This document shows, one piece after another, positions 22,051 to 35,200 of a DNA stretch of 64,000 nt (position 1 is the stretch's first letter; the number at the start of each line of letters is the position of its first letter). A program made the translations under genes and the position numbers. Origin of the DNA: Phoronis australis (Eukaryota > Animalia > Phoronida); contig NMRA01000274.1 of assembly GCA_002633005.1 (NCBI GenBank), positions 200,153 to 264,152 on the forward strand. The letters are read 5' to 3'. Under the pieces are notes generated by a model. It had not been told where the DNA came from. It made no database searches and saw only the letters and a program-made list of their open reading frames with translations.

Positions 22051-22947
22051 GTGAGTTGATTGATTTCGAACAATTAGACATTTAATTTTTGGGAAAAGTG
22101 AGTTTTATCTGTGTTGCGCTTGGAAATCTCAACTTGTATTCAAACGCCACGGACTCTTGACACAACTGTTGTGATTTTCTGGTCGACCAAGACAAGGGGC
22201 TTCTCTTGTGCATGTTGCATTCTACTACTAGATAACCAGACGCCAACTTACCAGTACCTGGTGGTAGACCAACTACTACTGCTATGAAAAAAACTAATCT
22301 ATAAATTTGGACGACTTTTTCGAAATCGATTGAAAATTTGGTGGAATTCGTCAAGTACATTGCTTCTGTTCATTTGCAGTCCAGTTACTTGAAACATAAA
22401 AACTTCATTTGACATTATCTTGGGGAGCTCTCTTTAAATTTCAAAAAATATTCAAATGAATATGCATGCAAGATATGAAAAAATGTTTCAATAACTTCAA
22501 ACACATATACAATAAAATTATGTGGTCTGTCTGGGAAGTTTGTTCATGTACGACAGCCTGGTCCTTAATTTGGCTTCACATCTGCCAGAACTCCATTTTA
22601 ATTCATCTTGGCAAATATCCAAGAAATTTTGGAATTGAAGTAGTTGTACCAACGCAGCTTGGTTTGACTGACAGATTAGGTCACTCAGCGTGAATGTCAT
22701 ACCAGCCAAAGGATCACAATGAACAATTATAGGTTCAGTTTTGAAATGAAGTACAGTTTTAGTGATTGTGTGTTATTTAATGTTTCTGAAAGTCGCTAGA
22801 AAGTTTTACATTGTCAGATGCAGATTGCTATGATTTTCTCTTTTTTGTGAATATTAACTTATGAAATTGACCCTTTGGTTGTTGCTTGCAAGCACAATGT
22901 TTCATAATGTTGCAGATAAACTTAATTTATTCATTTTCAGACTAATT

Positions 22948-23208
22948 ATGTCAACGGGACACTTGTCCCCGACCAAGATGGACATGAATGGTCACATGAA
23001 CGGTCAGGTGAATGGACAAGACAGTCGGAATGGAAGTTCTGGACATACACCTTTCAAAGCAGTAGACGAAGAAGCTCTCAAGCAGCGTCTGTATTCTTAT
23101 GCCCCCCAGCAGGCTCCACTAAACACGAGAGCTCTTCGCATGAAGAAGCAAACAAAAGCTCAATTGAAAAAAGCGAACATTCCTGGTGCTGCTAAATTAG
23201 AACCACTG
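22948..23208 (+). CDS. DNAH6: DNAH6 coding exon 1
   Basis: [10 protein letters not shown]...GAAKLEPL|gtaagt. Confidence 0.8.
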
Positions 23209-26200
23209 GTAAGTTTGAATTTGTCCAGTCACTTAAACTCAAAAATTGTTTTTTTTAAAAGAATTTAGTGCTTTTTAATGATGGTTTAAAGGGTGCATTG
23301 TGAAGCTGAGAGCATAGAGATGGTGTTATGCAATTACGTTTTCACATTAACTTAAACTGACTATGAACCTGCCTCCCATCATGACAACTTTTGAATTTGA
23401 CCTCTCACTGTAATGGAATTGGTCCCAAATTGTTCCGTAGCTAAGTTAGGTGTGATTTTTGGGATTGGAAAGAACTGAGAATCTGTTATTGCTTGAGGTT
23501 AGGCTCTACAAGTTGGTCTGTCACAGCCCATCATTTTGTACTCTGAGCATGACCTCAGGCAATGGTAAACAGAAACAACTTTTTACCACAGTTACGAAAA
23601 AACTGAGGTCAGTTTTATTACAGTAATGTGTTCTAAAAGTAAATTCCTTTTACGGAACATGGGTTTATAGTCGGTTGATATTCCTGTGTTAAAATGTCTC
23701 TGAGAAATCCTTTTCTTGTGTGATGTTATTTAGTTTTACTCTGCTGGACATCAAGTACTTGAAATGTCACGTTGTACATATTTGTAGCCCGTTCTAAAGA
23801 AATATCAAGAAAACAACAATCCCCAAAACATTCAGGCACGGGCAAAGGAGGACCTGGAAAGACGCATGATTATCGGAAAAGATGAGCCTCCGAAAAAGAT
23901 GAAGAGGGCAGGGTCAGTTGAACCAATGGAGCGACCTGGGTCGGGCGGTTCACCTCTGCCAGAACTTCCCCAGGACCTAAAAATGCAGGTAAGTATCGAT
24001 ATTAACCAAACCTTGAGTTCATCTCAGCTACATTAAAGTTTCTCTTAAAACACCATATTACAAACTGGGAAATATTGTTACGAAAGTAAACTGGAAGAAA
24101 ACGTTACTTTAATATTTGAGTAGTTTTTATTATACAACTCTCATTGACAGGAGCACAGGATGAAATTTGAGTATTTTTGACAATGTGGTGAGCTTTTGAA
24201 AAAAGGAAAGGTGACAGTTGTCCCCATTATGTTTGTTCGAATGTGAGGAAATTTTGTCGTAGTCTTTGAAATCTTTTAATTGTCTTATCACTAAGCATAT
24301 GACATTGTATTGAATTAGATACAACCAGTAGGCTGGTTTTGCAAGTCGGGTCTAGTGACAATCGTTGAAAAAACCATGTCTGAATAAAAAATTGCGTGGT
24401 TCTGCCAACATCATTAGCGTATTGCTTAAATTTACACATAGTGAGTGAAGAGTGAATGCTATAACTCAAAATACTCACGTGCTACTATAACATTCCCCAG
24501 GAGGTCATCATACCACCCATTGTGAAGTCACCTACTCCACCCAAGGAGGCAAGACCAGTGACTAAGCACACCAGAGCCTCGACAGTTCCCCACGTCTCCA
24601 GCGTCACAGGTATTTTGACGTTTCTCTGCTATCTCTGATGTCTGTATACTGCATTAAGTGTCTTCATAACCATTTGCTTCATGTACAGTACAGGGCTCTG
24701 TCCCATTAAAGTGACTTAAGACTTTTAAAGACAGAGATTTGGTGTTTCACTCCCACTTCAAAATTGCTGAAAAAAGGCTGAGGCACATAGTTATGAGCGC
24801 ATAACAGCCTAGAAATTGTATAAAGAAATTATTTCAGTAGCTATCAGTTTTGTGTAATTCCCGGAGACTCTGCACTTTTGCTCAAGTGAGATTTAATTTA
24901 TTTGCTGAAACAGTTGCATGGAACACAAGTCTTAAGTCGCGTTTCATGAAACAGACCGGAGATAACACTACAGAGATTGATAGAGATTACAAATATTTTA
25001 ACATGTTTGAACATCTGGTGGTCAGCAAAGGTCAGCCATTCGTCGTGAGAAGTTCATCATAATTATATGAGCCGTACCCCTGCCGTCATCCTCTACAGGC
25101 TTGGGTGTCTTCTGCAAATATAGTTGTGAACTTTACTATTACTCTTGAAAATCTTGAGGGATCTTTCCTCAGTCTTATCTATCCAAAATCCTTTTCCTTT
25201 GATGTAGTTTTGCATTCGTAATTATCTTAAGGTTAATTGAAGTGGTTTTCCTAGTGCGTGCTTGATCAATAATGTTTTTGTCTGCAAATCCCTCCTGGCT
25301 TTATTTGCCTAACCTTGCTTAGTAATGACTGACCAGTTGATAACACTGCTTTAGATGATATGCAAGAGCTGGTGCATAAGCGTAAAAAGAAAGTGTTAGG
25401 AGAATCTAGTAAGTACAGCGGAATCTGCTAATAAACCGCGGCACGTGTTATGAATTTTGTTCTGTTATGTTGCACATTCTTAGATTCTTACTTTTGAAGC
25501 TGTATCATTTTTTAATCATCAGTTTAGATTGGAGGTTTGCTGTCTCACTCATTTGTTATTTTGTTATTATTTTACGAGTTGCCTTCATTAGACAGAGATT
25601 GGAAATAATGCAACTGTTATTCGTTTTGTCTTGTTACTTCACTTTGTGATTTGTTATTTCATAATTTTGTTAGCAGCAGTAGAGTGTGATTGTTACCTAT
25701 TTGTAAGTTGCAAGTGTTTATTGAAAGTATGGAAGTCAATAATGGTTACAGGTTCATTCTTCTTATTATTATTTCCTAATTTTGAAAGCTTCTAAAATAT
25801 AGAAATTTGTCTTCATCACATGGGTACTATGTTTTTTGTGTCTGATCACAATACTGTTTTCGGGACTTCAAACCCCAAAACTATAACATAACTTATCATA
25901 AAAACACGATGTGATATTTTGCCCGTGTGGTTTTGTACCTTTCATTTCCAAGTTCATAATTGTCTCCCATGAGTATCCTGGTTCACGTACTTTTCTCCCA
26001 TGGGCGCCCGGCCTCCTTTCAGCACAATTACATTTCATTTCAGGCACAGCTCACCTTGAAGGAATCAGTGACCCTCAACAGATCATCAATATCATACAAA
26101 AGAGTCCCAAGGTTGGCTTCCTATACCTCAGCCCAGCCGTACCTAAATCAGCCGTCGACTATCACTACTATCGACTAAAGTAAGCTGTACTGTTGATTCG

Positions 26201-29200
26201 CTGCTGCGTAGCCCTGCAAAATGTGGTGAATGTTTGGGTTCTGCTCTTTTTTCTAAATCTGAAATTTCAAATACTCTGTCTTTCGTTTTTGTGTTAATAA
26301 AGCCCCTAATTCAAGAGATCACGTTTCCCAACTTCCACAATATACTTTTGGACAGCGTTAAATGCGATGCTTTTTTGTTTCAACTGAATGTTTATGAGGT
26401 CAGTTCCAGAGTTCAGATTTATTTGAGAAAATTCTTTGCCCAACAAACGACTTTCAGATCAAATGTGGGGACTGGCATTAAGAAACGAAGTGCTTTTTTA
26501 TCATTTGTGATTGGAGTGTACTAGAAAGAATTTAAGGTCATGTAGGGCTCTAAAAATGCCTTCAGCTTACCTTTCTTTTTGCTAAATTTTACTGAAAAGT
26601 CATGGTCACGTGACCCAATCAATGGCAGATTGGTAAAAAGTCAAAAATTAAGTTTTGCATTTTATCTACTTTCAGAAGAAGCATATTTTTACTGAATTAA
26701 AATACATAGGTTTGTAGGTATTTGGCTAAATTTGTTGAAGCAATTTTGTGCCACCTGTACTGTGAACTTTGTGTCTGTTATAGTAAAGCGTGATACTGTC
26801 TCAAAACCAAGTCCATAGTAAATGAGGTTTGTCAAAACATAGGCTGTGTATGTCTGACGTCCATATTTTGTAGAGTGGTCTCCCATGAGAACATTGACAA
26901 GACAGACTACTGTACAATCGGTAAAAAGGGCGTGACCCGTATGAGAAGCGACGATGAGACAGAGTTTGTACCTCTGGACAGGTGGGAGCAGGAATATAGC
27001 TACTTCAGAAGATTGATCAAGGTAAAAACTATGAAATCACCTGCATTATTTTGTTCATTGTTTCCAAATTAAGCATTTTCATTTAGAGATCATTTAGTGA
27101 AAAAGTTATCGTAGAACACAATTTTTAATCTGAAATTCATACTTTCTACAATGTTTCCAAAAAGAAAATGATAATGCTGCTTTAAACTTTGCTCTCTTGT
27201 TGAATGTTATTATATGAAGAAATGCAGTCACTCCCTCTCTTTATCTGGCCATTACTTCATCATCTTTAATCTCGAGTAGAGAGTTATCTGTCCCATGATG
27301 CTTTCTCAAATGATTCCCATTGTTTGCCATTCCTTCATTTTCTTCCTCAATAGTATGTTTTGTCTATATGTTATTGTTGTTTTGGTTATTGTTTGGTCTG
27401 ATGTCTTATTTTTGGTGTTTTGTTGTTATGTGCTACTGATGATTAAAAAGATTTCAGGTCTCTGAAATAAACTTTATTTTGCTGAATATGATTACGGTTT
27501 ATTTACAGATAAATGTGTTTGCCAAATTTCGCAAGTGGAAGGCATTCAGTGTGTGGCGTAAGAACGTTCTAACCAAGAAATTTGCATCATGCAAGAAACG
27601 TCTGACAGAGAATCTATTCATTGTTAACCCGGTAAGTGATGCGATGACTCAATTGCTTTTGTTAGACATAACATTGGGTATAATTTAAGCAAACTTGAAG
27701 AATGTGTAATGGATTAACTTGAGAATTAGGAGCTACATTTCATTGGCTGTTGGCTACTTTTTAAGCTGCATCTGCAACACCTATTGGTGTGCGTTGAACT
27801 CGGAGATAGATGGCAACAAAATTTACATAATAGCTGGTAATTTTTATGTGAGTTCAGACCACTTGTTTAATTTTATTATTTCATACTTCATCATTGAATG
27901 AATAATAAACTTCATTTAACATGATTATTTTGTTCATTGTGTTGAAGTTCATGCGAGTTCAATGGTAAAGAAAACAATTTCTTCTCTTGGTTTCTTGACG
28001 ACATTGAAGTGTGTTAGCCTCTATTGTACCTGATCTATTTTTCACCACTCATTGTATGTTGTAGTCCCTGTGCCCAGCCCTGCTGAATGTGCGTGAAATG
28101 TGCTACCGCATCAGCGACATGGGTCTCTGTAAAGTGGAGAAAGGACACACATACTCACTGCAGGAGTTCAGCGAGGCACAGTTTGCTCAACTCAGCGAGG
28201 TCGCTGGTCGTTTGGCAGAGTTCCGCGAGCTCGTCAAGGAGGTGGTACGCAGTGCCTGTCGCACAGCGCTCCTGGAGGCGGGATTCACTCCCGACGACTA
28301 CTTCTACGATGGTCGCGATAGCCCAGGCGGATACGGTGGTAAGACTGTGTTTTTAAAGTGTCCAGGTCACGTGGTCTTAGTAAAAGTAGCAATATAGTTC
28401 AGGAAAACGTGTTTTTTCCTAATAACTGAAATCATTCTCTGCATTAGTTGTAGAAAGGTTGCTGTAGTTATTGTTTTGCCAGGACTTTATTTAATTTCAT
28501 TCTTTGTGTTATGTAATGCTTTATTTGCTGAGCCTTTTACAATCAATTTTATATTTTACCACATCATTCTGGAAGACACTTTTTCAAAAGTTAGACAGCC
28601 TTTGTATTGATGATGTGCTCTTTAATCATGACTTCACAACAAAACTGTTACAGGCGATAGCTTTGAGTTTGCTCAATATGACATTGGTGAGTCTTACTCA
28701 GATTCAAAGTTGGTGTTAGTTATGATGACGTTTAACCTTTGGATGTAATTTTTATAATTGTATTTGCTATTTATGTGCTTTGGTGTTTCATTTTAGATTT
28801 CCAATTTAAATTGTGCTTGGAATCATGAGTGTATACCATTATATTTCAATGTACTTTATTGTGTAATTTGTTGTCAATTATTTGAATTTGGTACTATCTG
28901 CCAAGAAGAAAACATGTCTGTTTACATGGACACTTTGTTAATAAGCCTAGTGGAAGTCAATAGTTTGAGGTGAAGTATACATTTGGTCCTCTCTACGACC
29001 ATGTTGTCTTAACTACTCAATACTCTTACAGAAGGCGTGCCTGGCACAGCCTCCAGCTACATGATGCAGGGCAGCTATGACATGGACATCTATGGAGAGG
29101 CACCTGAAAAGATGACTTACACTGAGCAAGCCAATAAGAGGTCACACTGCAAGAGATTGACATGGTATGGACACACCCACATGTCGTATATGTAATACAT

Positions 29201-32200
29201 TGGGTCATTATAGAATTAAACGATGGGACTATTTTGCCAAGTGATCTGCGACTGTATCACTGTATAGTGGAGTAGATAAGGTCATAATTCTTGGACTAAA
29301 AACATTGCTTTGTTGTTATATAGTACCTGACCACACAATGATTACTTTTCAAATATTTCTGATAGGATTGGACAGTTTAGTTATTCGTGTGGAGTTGACA
29401 TTGATTTGTCTCCCCTGAAAGACCATTGATAGTAATTTGTCTCTGCTGCAAATGTGCTATTACTGTTTTGTCTCCCTTGCCAGTTTCATTCGCCTAGCTG
29501 ACCACCTGATTGTCAACACAATGCATGTGCTAGCTGTCAACTCGGTGTCAACCTTGCTCAACTATTTGACGGAGCAGCTACAAAACACGCCCACCCTTCA
29601 GGAGATCCAGAACTCAACCTATCAGGAGGTGGATGGGGAGGAGCCAGATGATGACAAGTCAGAGTCAAACATCAAAGTATGCACAAAAACCTGGTTCCAG
29701 TTATTCCTTTTATAATTCTGAAAGAAGTTGATCAATTTGGCTCTTCTAGATTATTCAGGACACAGGTTACTCCATTTGCACAACAAAGCAAAATTTACAT
29801 TTTTAAGAAATGAACAAACTTTGACTTGAAATTTAATGTTTCAGTTTTTGTTTTTTCATATATTTATTATCATTAATAAACAGTTTCAGTTGTTTTTGGA
29901 TATTTTTTAAGAAAACCTGCTTATTCTTATTATCATTTTTGATTTTGTACTTCCTGTAATCTTTTCATGTAGATTTGTGATTTCGGGGGACCTGTTTAAG
30001 CACTCTTGTTCCTAGTCTATGCCCCATGTCTGAATAAACTATGGTCTGGTGACCATGGCAATAGTTTCATTCATTTTTGTGATTAACTGGCTTCTGTCTC
30101 TACATTAGTCTCTCATTGACAAACTTTTGCAGCCTGTTGCGCCACAACAGGACGAAGAAGAAGCAATCAAGCTGCCACCTCTGTATGTGACTGAGTTTGT
30201 GTTGGAGCCAAATCAACTTTTGTTCTCTCCTGATGAGGAAGAGTTCCAAGAAGGCATCGCTGAGGTGATCAAGAAGTTCCAGGATGCTGTTCTGAGCGTT
30301 GATAATCTCGTGCCAGACAATTACTTTGATGCATTCACCAGGTATGTAATGCTTGTGTCACGTGCGTAGTGTTGTCAATATTTATTGCTGGTGTTTCTCT
30401 TATAAACCTTGAGCACCTCCCGCTATGATTATATGCACAGGCAGAAATTACCTGATCCCAATCACTGTTCTCCAGATGTCATTGACTAGCTGTTTATGTA
30501 AATTCAGTGATGCATGTGGTCATTCAGAGAAAAGGCAACACTGGTAGTTTAACACTGTTGATTGCATTAAAACAGCCCTGTTCATATACGTGCACATCAG
30601 TTTTATCAGTGAAGATTAAATCACGTTTGATGATACATTTATAACAAGATGGCGAATCCATCAACTACTGCAGCGACATCTATTGTAGGATACTTACAAA
30701 CACAAATGTTTGAATTTATGCAGGTTTTACCTCCGTTTCACTAGCTTTGATTTGTGCATTTACAAAAAAAGCTAAGTTCATAAATGTTTTGCAGACCCAT
30801 CATCAACAACAAGTTTGAGGAGAAGACATGTGGGGAAGGACCCAGCTTGGCAACCATGTTTGAAGATGACAGAGATTTGCAGAGTATTATACACAACATC
30901 CGGGTGTGTACATCTACCTTCTCATTATGTTGTGAAACTGTTACTAGGTGTGCTTGAGCGCCCGCAGATCTGTTGACGAAAACGGGTTTATTTTGATTTT
31001 CTTGATAAAAGAGGAATTCTTGTTTCTTTTTTGTAGAGATTGGTTAGTTTAACTTTCGGCAAAAATTTCACAAGTTTGATTTTTTTAGACATAGTGTTTT
31101 CCAAGGGGTGCAGACTCCCTTATGAAAGAGAAAGTGAGAATCTCACTGGATTCCAATGAGAATCTCACTGGATTCCAATGAGATTCTCACTGACTTTCAG
31201 GATGAGAATTTCCTTAAGGTCTGTGTTGGGCTTATAAAACAATTTTTGAGTCAAATTGATGCTTTACTAGAACACTTAACACTTGTGCAATCGAATATTT
31301 CCTAAAGGGAGCCTGAATATTTGTGTATGCTCTGACTAAAACATGCTGTATCTGAGCTAACATTTTTATTAAACTTGGTGTTTTTTAAAACAGTGGTATT
31401 TTGATTTTCCAGGAAGCCATTAACGCTGCATTCAATGCTTGTAATCAGTACGCCGACACGTTTGAGCCTCATCGTGAGTTCTTCAAAGAAAATGAGAGTA
31501 CGGACCTTGATGCTGTCCGTAACACAGAGCACGGTAAGAATCATTCTTTTGTATCTTTGTTGAATTTGCTAAGTAAGCCAGTCACATTGCTTTGTGATGA
31601 GTTGATAGGGTGCCAGAAGATGAAATATTACGTGGTGAAGAAGTCAATTGTACTAAATCTAGATTCAACCCAAAGATGCAAAGTTCTAAAAACATATGTC
31701 TGTGTTTTGTAGTGTTTTTGTATTTCTCTTTTGTGCACATGGGTCAAGTAAATTGACTGCCTTGAAAAACTTTAAGTTTTCTGGAGTGCACTGTCTGTTA
31801 GTTGCTTATTTGTCGATATTTATCAAATTTGAGCTAGTGTTGATGCAAGATCATGTAATGGAGGGGATGGCTGTACAAAATATGTGCATTGCATGAAATT
31901 GCAATATTGCTTTCTGATCCAAACTGTGTGATCCAAAGTAATGAATGAGAAATTATGGTTTCTACTATTTTCTAAAATTATGAATCAATGTAGCCACTGT
32001 TGTCGTAAATATTGTTAAATTTGTTTGAAGCAAGGTGTCAAAATAAACATTGGTATTTGCTCAAAGTTAATTTCACCTGTGTTACAATTGTTTGTTCTTT
32101 TATTGTTATTCCATATTCTAGAACTTGACGGTTTGTTGACTGCTTGTTTCGTTGTTGGTTGTATTAAGTTAAAATTTAACCTATTTATTAAGCACTGACA

Positions 32201-35200
32201 TTGGATGTTGCCTGTGAAGAATTCATTTGCTCGTTTTGTTATAAAAGTTCTTCGTCTTATGGGCAAGAGTTCATTAGATTTTTTTAAGTAAATCATTTCA
32301 CAAAACGGATCACTCTTGAAAGGAAAACTCAAAACAAAGATTTTCACAACCTGAGTTTTTTATCATTGAAAGCTTACTTTCATTACTTACGTATTACAGA
32401 GATATCAAATTTCTGTTGAGAAATTGGTAACCAAACTTACAATTATAGAAAATTGCTTGTAAAACTGCTTTTATTTACATCGATTTTATTCTGTTGTAAA
32501 TATCACAGTGACACAGCGTAAGTTTTGTTTCAGCTTCAATATTTGCTTACTAAGTCTGTCGTTGTAATATATAGCTTTTGTTGTAGTTTTAGTCAAAGTT
32601 TGGGTTCGTTTTATGTCTTGCCAATCGTATTAGGTAGCTGTTTTGGGTGCTTTTTAATATTTCAGAAAAGCGATTTATTGTTGTTGTAGGAAATTTAATC
32701 AAATGAATTTAGCTACACACGTATTCCCATTATTGTCATGCACTGAAAGTAGGTTTGCTTTTGTTTCAGTTGTGCCTCTTAAAATCCAAATGTTATTTAA
32801 TTAGGAAACTGTCAGTTAATTTACTAATACTTATTGCTGAGGTGAGCTTTAGTCTGTGTTTGAATTATGTCGTGTCTGTCGACACTTGTCATCATTCATG
32901 ATAAGAAATACTAAATGCCAAGGTTCATTTCAAGTGTGTATGATTGCGTAATTGTTTTATGTCTTGTATGTATATTTAGCGCAAAGATAACGTGCTCATA
33001 TATCTTTGTTATGAGATTGTGTATTGGGTTCATGATGTCAAAAAATGATCATACAAGGCATATTGAAGTTCACAAATTTCAAAAATTTTAATCGTTTGTT
33101 ATTTTCAGACGTCCTGTTCTTCTCCGAAGCTCTTCAGCGTTACCACCGACAGAAGCGTATCACGGAGCACATACTGGAGAAGCGACCAATCGGAATGCTG
33201 CTGGTGGATGCCACCATGATGAAACAATTACTCATACCATCGCCAATCAGATGTCTAGATGTAGGTATCACTAACCAGGGTAGTCAGGTTAAATTGTGCT
33301 TAAATTGTGCTATGTCACATTTGTTCTGTCACAGTACTTCAGGTGGAACTGTGAAAATGTCTATAGTATCGTAAGATTTTTGTTCTTCTCAACTAATTTC
33401 GGTTGCACTGAATTGAAACATTTTACAAATTTAAATAAAAGTGGTTTGCTTCTTGGCTACTTGAGTGTCGAGCTATTAGCATTCAAATAACGTGTCAAAC
33501 TTCCATCATTGGATAAATTTCTAGTCTGTTCACATACTATTTGCTGTATTTGAAATGTTTAGTTGGATAAAATAAAAATTCTAATGATTTTGTAACTTTC
33601 TTTTTTTTAAGTTGATAGTAATAGCACATAAGGTAGAACAGTCAATGGCTTCATTACTTCATGTTTTCTGTCTTTATCATTAGGTTATGAATAACACACT
33701 GCCTATCATACAAATTATGAACACGTGAGAAATGATAATCATGATACTTCATTAAATGTTTTCTCTTTGTCATTAGGTTATCAATGACATGTTGCCTGTA
33801 CTGGCCCGACAAAATGTTGACCGCCTCATTGCTGAGCTTCAAGATGCTCAGTTCAAGTTGGAGTTCACACCAACCTCCACCATCGAGTTCGTTGAGACCC
33901 TCACATTCTTGGATGAGATTCAAGCCAGAGTATGCTATTCTTCTATCTTTGTTTTAATTTGGCCATTCATCTGTGTATAGTCAGTCTTGGCTTGTTTTAA
34001 ATTGGGATTTAAAATTATTCCTGGCCGTAGGCTGAACTGAATGTTTCCATATTACTTCCCAAACTCTATAAAGTCAGGTTTTGTAGATTAATATTTTATT
34101 TTCTGAATAGTAGTGTGGCTGTGTGGGGAAATACCGGCATGTTTGATTTATGAAGGTTCATTCAGATGTTTGATTGTTAACAACTTCAAATTTGTTAGAG
34201 GGTGAGGATGTGGTGATGTTTTCAAAGCACAAGTATGTGTCTGGAAAATGATGTTATTGATGTCAAAACGGTGTGCTTGGGTTAAGGGTTATTTGTGAGT
34301 GATTTCAAGTATCGACTAATGAACATTCCTGCTTCTAGTGTATCAACTACTCGTGCTAATTGTCTTTTGTCTTACTCAAACATTGTATATTGCATCGTTT
34401 CTTGTCAATTATTCACTCCCAATTTCCCCCTTTTAGATCGATCCCCTGGAAGCCGAGGCGAATGTTGTCAAGGAGATGTATGAGTTGATTGACAGATACA
34501 CCGTACCAACGCCTCCTGAGGATTTCGCGGTCTACCAGACCCTGAACCCGTCCATCACAGGTGTGCGCAACGCCATCGACAAATGTCTTGCGGAACGTGA
34601 TGCCAATATCGACAAATTCTGCACCCACTTGGACAAAGATATCTCCGAGTTGGCTAAAGATGTTAAGGAAATCCGTCAAGAGGCACAGGTGGGCTTGATT
34701 GCTTCTTCTTATTGGTCTACTATTAGTTTCTTAGTTTATGTCGTTGTTTAGGGGGAGCAATTGGCACTTTTCTGAAATTGTGATGAACTATTGTCACTGA
34801 ATAATACTATGTATATTGCTGGGTTCCATTTAAATAATAAAAATGTTGAGAAAAGATTCATTTCTTTGGTTTCAAAAGGGATGTTTTCTCAACATTTAAT
34901 TGTCACTGAATATTACTAGCATCTTTCAGAGTAAGGTTTAAGTAAAAAATATATTAATATACTGGTGCTTCCAAAAACTAATGGGTCACCCTCTGCCAAA
35001 ATATTACTGAATCCTGTATTTGATTATCCTTTGTACACAACTTGCTTATTGATGAAAATTTTTGTCTGTTACCTCCCACCAGAATCCTCTGATCTTAGAC
35101 GCAAATGCGGACAAGGATCGCGTGAAGGGAATCCTCGACAAGCTGCAAACGCGCATTGAAGACCTCTCCAAGAAGGCATTCACCTTCAAGTCCTACCAAA

